Below, in pieces: positions 7,350 to 16,456 of a stretch of DNA of 64,000 bases. Source of the DNA: an uncultured Bacilli bacterium (GTDB taxonomy: Bacteria > Bacillota_I > Bacilli_A > RF39 > UBA660); contig CALVRD010000001.1 of assembly GCA_944358435.1 (NCBI GenBank), positions 7,977 to 71,976 of the forward strand. Direction: 5' to 3'. The notes under the pieces are model-generated. The model searched no databases. It was given only the letters and a program-made list of their open reading frames with translations, and was not told the origin of the DNA. How positions within the stretch are numbered: the stretch's first letter is position 1; every line of letters starts with the position of its first letter. Both the position numbers and the translations under genes were made by a program.

Positions 7350-9475
7350 ATAGACTTCCTTTCAGAAATTTCAACCATCTTAGCATTATTAAGCATTGTA
7401 TCACCATGAACTCTTGAATATGATAAATAGCCATTCATTCGATCAATTTTCATTAAATCAGTACTACCACACTTTGGACAAACATCCATATCTAACTCTT
7501 CATAACCACAATTATTACAATAAGCAAGTGATAAGTTTATCCCTTCATAAAAACCTTTATCCATAGCCCTTTCAACATATGTGAGCATTGCTTCCGTATT
7601 ATAGTTTAAATTATAACGAACATATTGAATTCTACCACCTTTAAAAAGTTCCCAAAATCTATCTTCTAAATCTTGTTTTTTTATACCACTAATATTTTCC
7701 CAAACTCCACAATGGAAACTATTAGAAACATATTCCCTTGAACTTACACCATCAATTACTCCATACTTTTTTCTAAATTGCTGAACTTGCAATCCACATA
7801 AAGTTTCTGCCGGAGTACCATAAATAGCATATAAAATATGATCTTCTTTTTTAAATTCAAGTATTTTATCATTAATATATTTCATTACTTCAAGAGCAAA
7901 ATTCCCATCTTCGACAATACTTTTACCATTATATAAAACTTGCAATTCATTTAAAGCCGTAATTCCAAAAGAAGCTGTTGCTGATTTTAATACTGGTTCA
8001 ATTGCTTCTTCTGGCTTTAAATTTCCGCCATAAAATCCTCCTTGACAATAAGCAAGTGGATTAGTAGAAGCTTTTCTCTTAGCTAAATAACGATAAGTTC
8101 GAATATGAATCTTCCGAATCATTTCCAAGTAATAATCTAATACTTCATAAAAGTCTTTTTGTTCTTCCCGCGCTTTAGCTAAAATCATAGGTAAATGTAA
8201 TGATATTGCTCCAATATTAAATCTTCCTATATAAACTGGTTTATCTTTATCATCTATAGGTTCCATTCCCCCTCTTTCATACCAAGGAGAAAGAAAAGCA
8301 CGGCAACCCATCGGACTAACAATCCTGCCATATTTCTTATACATTTCCGGCACATATCCTTCACCACTTAAAGATAAGTAATCTGGATACATAGTCTTCT
8401 TACTACATTCAATTGCACATAAAAAACTATCTCTTAAATCTCCTCCATCGCCATGTAATTTCTTATCATATAAAAATACTAACTTAGGAAACAAAGTTGG
8501 ACGTTTATAACCTTTCTTACCTTGTCCTTCCTTATGTACATTTAAAATAGTTTGAGTAATCATCTTCGCAAATTTATTTTTATCAACACCAAAAGTAAAA
8601 GTAACAAAAGGATAATCTCCTCTACTAGAACTTACAGTATTTAATTTATATTCAACACCTTGATATCCCTGTTCACATTCCCTAATAGTTTTACCCCAAG
8701 CATATTTATCGGCCTCATCTGTATACTCTTTACCTTTAATATCTAAATATTCTTTATAATATTTATCATAACTTTTTTGGGCATATTTCTTTAAAATAGT
8801 ATCAACTTCTGGTACAGTAAATCCTCCATATTGCATCGCAGTTGTATTAGTAATAACATCTCCCATAACATTAAAAGCTGTTTGTAATGTCTTAGGCTCC
8901 GTATACCAAATATTACTCATTTCAAACCCATCTTTTAAGACATGAGCCATATCAAATAAACAACAATTCATTGTATCCCGTCTTGCACCCATATCATGTA
9001 TATAAATATAGCCATCCTTACAAGCTTCTATTTCCGAAGCAGTTAAAAAAAATTTCTTATAAAGTTCTTTATTTAAACTATTATATATTAAACATCTCTG
9101 AGTAGTAACTAAAGCACTATCCATATTAGCACAGTCTTTATCACCAATATAAGTAATAACTTGTGCTTTCTTATATACTTTATCAAGAATATGAACGATA
9201 TCTTTTTTATAATCTCGATACTCACGATAACTCTTGGCAACTAATGGATTAACTTGTTCTAATGCCGCCTCAACACAACTATGTATCTGTTCTACCGTTG
9301 GATTAGTAGTCTGCGTTTCTAATAAATCTCTAACAATATTAACTATTTTATCAAGTGCTTTATCAGTTAATTCTATCATAACTCGATCAGCACTAGCACA
9401 TACTGCTTTCTTTATTCTTAAAGGATCAAAATCTTCTAAATAACCATTTCTTTTAACTATTCTTATTTCACTCAT
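7346..9475 (-). CDS. nrdD: Anaerobic ribonucleoside-triphosphate reductase, canonical single-polypeptide form (locus 2)
   Basis: ATP-cone (IVKRNGYLEDFDPLRIKKAV); C-terminal CNNCGY...CPKCG Zn ribbon followed by the glycyl-radical loop IDRMNGYLSY. Confidence 0.85.
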   Translation of the reverse strand: MSEIRIVKRNGYLEDFDPLRIKKAVCASADRVMIELTDKALDKIVNIVRDLLETQTTNPTVEQIHSCVEAALEQVNPLVAKSYREYRDYKKDIVHILDKVYKKAQVITYIGDKDCANMDSALVTTQRCLIYNSLNKELYKKFFLTASEIEACKDGYIYIHDMGARRDTMNCCLFDMAHVLKDGFEMSNIWYTEPKTLQTAFNVMGDVITNTTAMQYGGFTVPEVDTILKKYAQKSYDKYYKEYLDIKGKEYTDEADKYAWGKTIRECEQGYQGVEYKLNTVSSSRGDYPFVTFTFGVDKNKFAKMITQTILNVHKEGQGKKGYKRPTLFPKLVFLYDKKLHGDGGDLRDSFLCAIECSKKTMYPDYLSLSGEGYVPEMYKKYGRIVSPMGCRAFLSPWYERGGMEPIDDKDKPVYIGRFNIGAISLHLPMILAKAREEQKDFYEVLDYYLEMIRKIHIRTYRYLAKRKASTNPLAYCQGGFYGGNLKPEEAIEPVLKSATASFGITALNELQVLYNGKSIVEDGNFALEVMKYINDKILEFKKEDHILYAIYGTPAETLCGLQVQQFRKKYGVIDGVSSREYVSNSFHCGVWENISGIKKQDLEDRFWELFKGGRIQYVRYNLNYNTEAMLTYVERAMDKGFYEGINLSLAYCNNCGYEELDMDVCPKCGSTDLMKIDRMNGYLSYSRVHGDTMLNNAKMVEISERKSM

Positions 9476-9530
9476 AACTATTTCTCCCTATCTTATAAAC
9501 TAAATTTTAACCCAAAAACAAAACATTCAA

Positions 9531-9546
9531 TGTTGCATTTGCAACA
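9531..9546. promoter_or_regulatory. Perfect palindrome TGTTGCA-TT-TGCAACA in the divergent nrdD2 / crp-fnr promoter region
   Basis: 16-bp dyad centred between divergently transcribed genes; candidate operator for the adjacent Crp/Fnr-family regulator. Confidence 0.3.
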
Positions 9547-9589
9547 AAAATAAAAATTAGCTATAATTAAATTATTAAGGAGTGATAAA

Positions 9590-10219
9590 ATGCTTGATAC
9601 AATTACAAATGACAAACTTTTAGACTTTCGAAAAAATTTGTCATACTGTGTAAATGTCCAAAAAAAATCATTTGCTAATAAAGAAGTAATAATTAATAGT
9701 AATCTATCAAAAAAACAAATTGGCTTTATTATATATGGTCAAGCTAATATAATGAAAACTGATATTAATGGTAATACGACTATTTTAAGAGATTTAAAAA
9801 ATAATGATATCTTTTCTAATCTATTCTTTCAAAATTCTGAAGATGAAATCTATATCATAAGTAACAAATCAACAGAAGTATTATTTATTGATTATTATCC
9901 GCTTTTAAAAAGCTGTTCAAAAAACTGTCCTTTTCATAATAATTTAGTCTTATCTTTATATGATTTATTAATAAATGATAATAAAAAACAAAACGAAAAA
10001 ATCGAACTATTATCACAAAAAACAGTCCGACATAAAATACTTTATTTTTTAAAACAAAGAATGAATAAGGATAAAATTTTTAAAGTAACAACATCGTATA
10101 AAGCCATAGCTGAATATATCTCAATAGATCGAAGTAATTTTATGCGTGAATTATCAAAATTAGAAAAAGATAATTTAATTAAAAGAAATAAAGATACTAT
10201 AACTATCTTAGATAAATAG
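9590..10219 (+). CDS. Crp/Fnr-family transcriptional regulator
   Basis: N-terminal cNMP-binding-like beta-barrel region, C-terminal HTH (SYKAIAEYISIDRSNFMRELSKLEKDNLI); RBS AAGGAG upstream. Confidence 0.7.
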   Translation: MLDTITNDKLLDFRKNLSYCVNVQKKSFANKEVIINSNLSKKQIGFIIYGQANIMKTDINGNTTILRDLKNNDIFSNLFFQNSEDEIYIISNKSTEVLFIDYYPLLKSCSKNCPFHNNLVLSLYDLLINDNKKQNEKIELLSQKTVRHKILYFLKQRMNKDKIFKVTTSYKAIAEYISIDRSNFMRELSKLEKDNLIKRNKDTITILDK

Positions 10220-10334
10220 CAAAGTAAAACATTACTCAATATCATTAATAAATATTTTTGTCTCATCAAAATCTAACAGATCAAATGTCTCATAACTTGT
10301 AGATATCAAAATATCAGAATGAGCCAAAATATTT

Positions 10335-10715
10335 TCACCAGTGAATCCTTGTACTACTATATCCATAAACATTAGTAGATCTTAAAATTATTTCAAATTC
10401 ACCTGGAACTAAATCCTTTAAAGATACAACCTTCTTATCAACTTTATTAACTCTACTTACTGGAATGCTTCCACTATCTCTAACAAGTACTCCATGTTTA
10501 TAAATAACATAACTATAACTAATTATCTTACTATCACCACTTGAAGTAATTTCATATGAGAAAGATAGTTTAGTATAATTCTTATCTAATGATAACGTTA
10601 TCTCTGGTCCATTTTCATCATAATCTTCTTTACTAGTTTCATATTTTTGACATTTTAAATACCATCTATAACTATATCCATCTTTTGTATATTTAAAAAT
10701 AGTAACTGAGACCAC
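10335..10715 (-). pseudogene. Possible C-terminal remnant of a larger gene (126-aa ORF; the frame continues upstream through a stop codon)
   Basis: The in-frame upstream sequence ...LPKEIGDFREITLQGL is separated from the ORF by a stop codon; no start context. Confidence 0.25.
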
Positions 10716-11108
10716 AGTACATTTATTTTTACTACGAACAAGAACATCTCCAATATGCTTTCTACTTTATAACCCTTGAAGAGTAATTTCTCTAAAATCA
10801 CCAATTTCTTTTGGTAAAACTCTGGGTAGCCATTACAATATCTTTTTACTGTGTTTAATAATGTTTTTTCTGCTCTATCTAAAACAGTTTCAATACAAAC
10901 AACTGAAACTAAGGAATCAAAGTATTACAATTACCACTAAAAGTTCAACTAAAGAAAAAACCTTATTATTAGTAATACAATCCATCCTAGATATAAAACA
11001 GATTATTCCACATATTATTTATTACTTATATATAATAATATATTATCTAAAAAAGCAAAAAATACACCTAAGCGAAAACCTAGACGTATTAAAATATACA
11101 ATAATTTT

Positions 11109-13175
11109 TTAATCTTCTTTCTTCACAAATTGTATTGGCTTATCCTTTCTTTGATTTAAATATTCTTTAGCAGATACCATTACTACTTTTCCATCAATAA
11201 TACTTGGTTTGTAGCAATCTTCTATTCCTTCATTTTCCAAAGCCAAATTTGATCTTACACGCATCTTTGTAAGTGGAAATGAATTGGTATATGGTCTAAC
11301 TTTATATACAATTTTTTCAGCTAATTCGAAAGCTAACGATTCTTGGCATATTGTCTCAACTCCACATAATAAACTATCTATCCTTTCCTTCCCTGCTTCT
11401 ATTTCTTCCGGATGAAAACCAATATGAGCAACTAAAACATCACTTCTATCTTTTGGCTTAACAACTTCACAAGACATTACTCCATCTTGTTCCATTAATT
11501 TATCTGCAATCATAAAATATGGTACTTTTTGAAAATTTTCTAATCTTATAGCAGAATTATAACTTCCTCTAACTAAAACATTACCATTTTTTAAAACTGC
11601 TCCATAGACTTTACAATCTCCCCAAATTTTTCCTTCATTATCCATTAATTTAAGCTTCTTATTATCATTACCACTAAGATATCCAAGCATTGTACAATCA
11701 GAGTTCACAACTAATAAACCATACTCTTCATAACCACACTCTCCTCCAGCTTCATCTAAAACTGCTAAATCAACAGCTTGCAATGGACTAAGTCCATAAT
11801 TTTCTCTAACACTTTTACCAAAAGAAAACCTTTCATGAAGAGCTTTATAAGGGGTAAAAAATATATTACCATGCTCTAAATCACCAGCACTTACTGAAAG
11901 TTTAGTAGAACCTATTACTAAAGGTAATATCTCACTACCAGCATTAATATTCCTTAAAACATCATTAATATATTTTTCTTCACCTTTAGAAACGTCTTCC
12001 AAAATAGATGAAACAATTACAGCATTAGAAAATCCATATTCCGCAAATTCCGGATTAAGTTCAGCTTGTTTCATTACTTCTATCAAAGTACTACGTGTTG
12101 CAAAAAATATATTAGGTTTATTAATAGCCATACTATATAGTAAAAATTTAGGATTACTAATAGGCTCAAATGCTATCGAATTTCCATGTGCAACTTCATT
12201 AATGATACAAGTAGATAAGTTAGCATTTAAAAAAGTTGGCATATGTGCTAAAGAACGCATACCATCCATTGCTTTTCTATCAAATAAATCTTTATCACTA
12301 TATCTAGCCATAGCAATATAAGACTTATTAGAATGAACTATTGGTAAAATCTTATAAGAATCAACTGGAATCGTATAAGTAATTGTCAATGCAGCATCAA
12401 GCGCATCATCACCAGAGTAAAAAGTTCTTTTAGCATACCCATTATCATGACTATCCCAGTATTCAGAAATATTTAATAGTTCATAATAACTCATTATATC
12501 ACGATCAGTTTTTTTAAATTCTAAAACTCTATCAACAAGTGGACATATTTTTTCATCAAACTTTTCGTACTTATCAAATCCCTCAGTAAGTGAATCAACT
12601 AATGATACAATAACTTTATCTTTAAAGCCAGTTTCCTTAACCAATCCTGCAATCTTACCATATATATCATCAGTACCAATAAATAATTTTTTCAAAGGTG
12701 TTCTCTTAAATATCATTTCAATATAGTCAGTACTAAAATCAGCCCCAATAAAATTAACAATTAATCCACACCTAGAAGCCGCTAATAATAAAACTAAAAC
12801 TTCTGGAGTATTTGACATACACGCAACAATCTGATTGCTACGTTCTAACCCCATCTCATCAAAAGCCTTAGACATTTTATCAACTTCTGCAAATATTTCT
12901 TTAGCAGTCTTAGTATAACCCCTATAATATGTCATAGGTTGATCCATTTGTTTTTCCCATCTACGTTTAATTACCGAATATAAATTACAATCAGTACCAT
13001 CATTAACATCTCTTAAAGCCTGTTTTAATTTTATTGGATTTTTAACGTGTCTTTTTTGTTCAGAAGGTTTCTTATCAGAAAACAAAATACTTCCTTGTCT
13101 ATCAAGATCATAATCGCTCTCTGCTACTTTAATCCCTTTTAAATATAAATCAATATCATAACCATTAATCTTCAT
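11109..13175 (-). CDS. Divergent adenylate-forming (ANL superfamily, acyl-CoA synthetase-like) protein, 688 aa
   Basis: Overall resemblance to AMP-binding enzymes (VACMSNTPEVLVLLLAASRCGLIVNFIG...) but no canonical TSGTTGxPKG P-loop seen. Confidence 0.35.
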   Translation of the reverse strand: MKINGYDIDLYLKGIKVAESDYDLDRQGSILFSDKKPSEQKRHVKNPIKLKQALRDVNDGTDCNLYSVIKRRWEKQMDQPMTYYRGYTKTAKEIFAEVDKMSKAFDEMGLERSNQIVACMSNTPEVLVLLLAASRCGLIVNFIGADFSTDYIEMIFKRTPLKKLFIGTDDIYGKIAGLVKETGFKDKVIVSLVDSLTEGFDKYEKFDEKICPLVDRVLEFKKTDRDIMSYYELLNISEYWDSHDNGYAKRTFYSGDDALDAALTITYTIPVDSYKILPIVHSNKSYIAMARYSDKDLFDRKAMDGMRSLAHMPTFLNANLSTCIINEVAHGNSIAFEPISNPKFLLYSMAINKPNIFFATRSTLIEVMKQAELNPEFAEYGFSNAVIVSSILEDVSKGEEKYINDVLRNINAGSEILPLVIGSTKLSVSAGDLEHGNIFFTPYKALHERFSFGKSVRENYGLSPLQAVDLAVLDEAGGECGYEEYGLLVVNSDCTMLGYLSGNDNKKLKLMDNEGKIWGDCKVYGAVLKNGNVLVRGSYNSAIRLENFQKVPYFMIADKLMEQDGVMSCEVVKPKDRSDVLVAHIGFHPEEIEAGKERIDSLLCGVETICQESLAFELAEKIVYKVRPYTNSFPLTKMRVRSNLALENEGIEDCYKPSIIDGKVVMVSAKEYLNQRKDKPIQFVKKED

Positions 13176-13228
13176 AACATCACCCCAAATGTTTGCTCAT
13201 TATACCATAAATTAATAGTTTTGTCAAT

Positions 13229-13756
13229 TTACATAACCTCATTAAAACCATATCTTAATATTTCAAAATGGGTATTATATGAAACTCCATCAATATTTGC
13301 CAAATACTCTGACGGATATAATAAATCAAATAAAGCTATTTTCCCAAAGCCTATAGCTCCACCTCTATCTAGAACAATTCCTAAAAAAGAATCACTAGTA
13401 GTATTAACCCTAACAATTGTCCCAAATGGATACTTTCTATCAGCTGCTAATATTCTTACATTACCATATTCATAATCAGAATAATATATTCTTCCATCAC
13501 CAACATAGTCACCATATGCTAGATAACCACTGCATCCATAGCAATCTGCTCCATATCGACTAAGCTTACCAACCTGACTTTCTAATACATCACTAACAAT
13601 AATTTTTTCATCACTATTTTTAACAGGTTCAATTTTCCCTTCAAAATCATCATTCAAAATTATATTTGAAGTAAATACATGACTTTCTAAATCATTAACA
13701 TCAGCTGTAATTGGTAAAAATAATATAAATAAAATTAAAAACAAATAATATTTCAT
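13229..13756 (-). CDS. Secreted 3D-domain protein (cell-wall associated, MltA/YabE-like C-terminal domain)
   Basis: N-terminal signal peptide; YGADCYGCSGY...DGRIYYSDYEYGNVRILAADRKYPFGTIVRV resembles the 3D domain. Confidence 0.5.
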   Translation of the reverse strand: MKYYLFLILFILFLPITADVNDLESHVFTSNIILNDDFEGKIEPVKNSDEKIIVSDVLESQVGKLSRYGADCYGCSGYLAYGDYVGDGRIYYSDYEYGNVRILAADRKYPFGTIVRVNTTSDSFLGIVLDRGGAIGFGKIALFDLLYPSEYLANIDGVSYNTHFEILRYGFNEVM

Positions 13757-13827
13757 ACAAAAACTCCCTGTAAATAAGATATTATCATATTTACACGGAG
13801 TTTACAACACTTTACATAATTTGGCAA

Positions 13828-14949
13828 TTAACGATATCTATCACAAGTATATCCAGCCGCTTTCATATTTTTCTCAATTGAATCAATATTAGCCTCATTT
13901 TGAAATTCTCCTGGATATTCTCCACCAGCCTCAACATAAGCAGAAGATGCTGCTTCTACATCAATTGCACTATAATTAAATGTCTGTTCTCTTGTTAAAG
14001 TTCCACCAGATAAACTACAAACAACATTTATGCCAGATACATCTGAAGTAACACCTTTTAAATTCTTACATCTTTCTAAACGAGCATTTAAATCATCCGA
14101 ATCAACAAATTCATCTCCAACAGTTGCTTCAACATAAGTTAACTTATTTAACTTACTATCTGTAAAATCAAACACATAACTATAACTAATATTGTATTTT
14201 TGATCAACTCTATCATTGACACATTTTAAAGTTCCAGTAGTAATAATCGTATTATCACTACCATTATCACCACGACTCATAATAGTAACAACATAACTAT
14301 TTATTTCTGGTAAAAACATAACTATCAAAAGTAATAAAACAATAAATGCTCCCGCCATAAAACGCTTAAATTTACTTACTGGAACAGGTTGATAATTTTC
14401 CTTTTCCTTCATAGCAGCTTCTCTTTTTCTAGTTAGCTCAGCTTTTTGTTCTGAGGTTAATAGATTAACCTTTTCTTTACCATTAATAGAAAGAACTTCT
14501 GCAACTTCATGTTTTACATCAGAATTTTCTACTACTTTTTCTTCTTTCTTTTCTTCTAAAGATTCATAACTAACTGCTTCCTGAACAGGACTAGAAGTCT
14601 GAGGCGCAACTTGTGTAACCGGAGCTTGAGTTGCACTCTGAACTGATGCTTGAACTGGTCCTTGAGTAGCACCTTGTAGTGGAACTTGAACTGTAGCTGG
14701 TTGTGAACCTGCTCCACCACCATTTACTTGATTAACTTGGCCTACCGCTACTGTAGAAACAATACCATTTGTAGGTAAAGAATTATTATTTGAAACTGTT
14801 GTATATGTAGATTGAGTATTACCTACAGGTTGTGTAGTATTAACAGAAGTACTTGAATTAGACATATTATTATATCCAACAGTATCATTATTAACAGGAA
14901 CATTATTAGAAACTGGAATTTGACTATTAGTATTATTTTCTTGATTCAT
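13828..14949 (-). CDS. Membrane protein with a Q/T/V/P-rich low-complexity N-terminus, one TM segment and a Cys-containing C-terminal domain
   Basis: Composition and hydrophobic segment FMAGAFIVLLLLIVMFL only. Confidence 0.3.
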   Translation of the reverse strand: MNQENNTNSQIPVSNNVPVNNDTVGYNNMSNSSTSVNTTQPVGNTQSTYTTVSNNNSLPTNGIVSTVAVGQVNQVNGGGAGSQPATVQVPLQGATQGPVQASVQSATQAPVTQVAPQTSSPVQEAVSYESLEEKKEEKVVENSDVKHEVAEVLSINGKEKVNLLTSEQKAELTRKREAAMKEKENYQPVPVSKFKRFMAGAFIVLLLLIVMFLPEINSYVVTIMSRGDNGSDNTIITTGTLKCVNDRVDQKYNISYSYVFDFTDSKLNKLTYVEATVGDEFVDSDDLNARLERCKNLKGVTSDVSGINVVCSLSGGTLTREQTFNYSAIDVEAASSAYVEAGGEYPGEFQNEANIDSIEKNMKAAGYTCDRYR

Positions 14950-14991
14950 AAGACTTTCCTCCTACCTTAAAATACATTATAGCACAGATAA

Positions 14992-15618
14992 TTATCGTAA
15001 ACTAGATATTTTTTCTTGAAAATTATCATCATTAATTATATAACTTCCAGCTACTAAAACATCAGCTTTACTACAAAGACTTTTAGTCTTATCATTAACC
15101 CCACCATCAACACTAATAACAGCACTACACTGATAAGTATCAAGTAAAGTCCTAATTTCTTCAATTTTTTCTTTAGTTTCCTCTATAAATTCCTGACCAC
15201 CTTCACCAGGCTCAACACTCATAACTAAAATCATATCAACTAGTGGTAAATATGGTACTAATTCTCTAACATTAGTATTAGGCTTTATTGATAAACCCGT
15301 TTTAATTGAATAACTTTTAATTAACTTTAAGCACTCCTCTATATTTTTATCTACTTCGACATGAAAAGTAATAAATTCTGTATTAAGTCCCGCATATAAA
15401 GGAACATAAGATGCTGGATCCTCTACCATTAAATGAACATCTAACCTTTTAGATGTATATTTATAAATATGTTTCATTTCCCTAAACGGCATAGTTTTAT
15501 TCTTTACAAACTTCCCATCCATTATATCAACATGAATATAGTCAACATCAGTTTCATTTAACTTAACTAAATCACGAACTATATCCTGACTACTTAAAAA
15601 CGATGCACTTACTTTCAC
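14992..15618 (-). CDS. rpe: Ribulose-phosphate 3-epimerase
   Basis: HVDIMDGKFV and the C-terminal GS/GG motifs of Rpe. Confidence 0.85.
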   Translation of the reverse strand: MKVSASFLSSQDIVRDLVKLNETDVDYIHVDIMDGKFVKNKTMPFREMKHIYKYTSKRLDVHLMVEDPASYVPLYAGLNTEFITFHVEVDKNIEECLKLIKSYSIKTGLSIKPNTNVRELVPYLPLVDMILVMSVEPGEGGQEFIEETKEKIEEIRTLLDTYQCSAVISVDGGVNDKTKSLCSKADVLVAGSYIINDDNFQEKISSLR

Positions 15619-16448
15619 TATTTTACCTCCTCTATAAAATTTAAATAATTTTCATATCTACTCTCTAATATATTATTAGCTAAAACTTCCCTTTTCACAG
15701 CACATTCTGACTCTTTTGTATGCATACAATCTTTAAATGGACAAGGATAATTTTTAAATTCTCTAAAACTATCCCTAATATTTTCTTTTATATACCCATA
15801 AAAGTCAAGGGCCGAAAATCCCGGCGTATCCATTATCTTTCCACCATTAAAATCAAACAATTCAACTATTCTAGTTGTATGCTTTCCTCTACCTAAAGCT
15901 AAAGATATTTCCCCAGTTTCTAAATTCCACTTTGGATTTAACTTATTCAGTAAAGTACTTTTACCAGCCCCCGTCTGTCCTGTAAAAACACTAGTTTTTC
16001 CTTCAATAAGTTTTTTTATTTCAGAAATATCAGTATTAGATACTACTTTATATCCAATACTTTTATAATAATCTAATACTTTATAAAACTCTTTTAATTC
16101 ATCTTTACTAACTAAATCTTCTTTTGTAATACAAATAATTGCTTCAACATTATGTAATTCCATTGTAACAAGTAATTTATCTAACAAATTAAGTGAAAAA
16201 TCTGGTCTTACTAAGCTCGTAATTATAAATGCTTGATCAATATTACTAACTTTTGGTCTATTAAACTCATTCTTTCGTGGTAAAACTTCTTCTATTACTT
16301 TTTTTTCTATACTGAAAAGAACATAATCCCCTACTAATGGAGTAATATGTTCTTTTCTAAATATTCCACGACATTTACAAGGATATAAGTTACCATTACA
16401 ACTAACATAATGTAAATCACTAACTATTTTAATAATTTGTCCTTGCAT
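15618..16448 (-). CDS. rsgA: Ribosome small-subunit-dependent GTPase A
   Basis: Circularly permuted GTPase motifs (GQTGAGKSTLLN, DTPGF) and a C-terminal Zn-finger Cys cluster. Confidence 0.85.
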   Translation of the reverse strand: MQGQIIKIVSDLHYVSCNGNLYPCKCRGIFRKEHITPLVGDYVLFSIEKKVIEEVLPRKNEFNRPKVSNIDQAFIITSLVRPDFSLNLLDKLLVTMELHNVEAIICITKEDLVSKDELKEFYKVLDYYKSIGYKVVSNTDISEIKKLIEGKTSVFTGQTGAGKSTLLNKLNPKWNLETGEISLALGRGKHTTRIVELFDFNGGKIMDTPGFSALDFYGYIKENIRDSFREFKNYPCPFKDCMHTKESECAVKREVLANNILESRYENYLNFIEEVK

Positions 16449-16456
16449 AAATCCCC

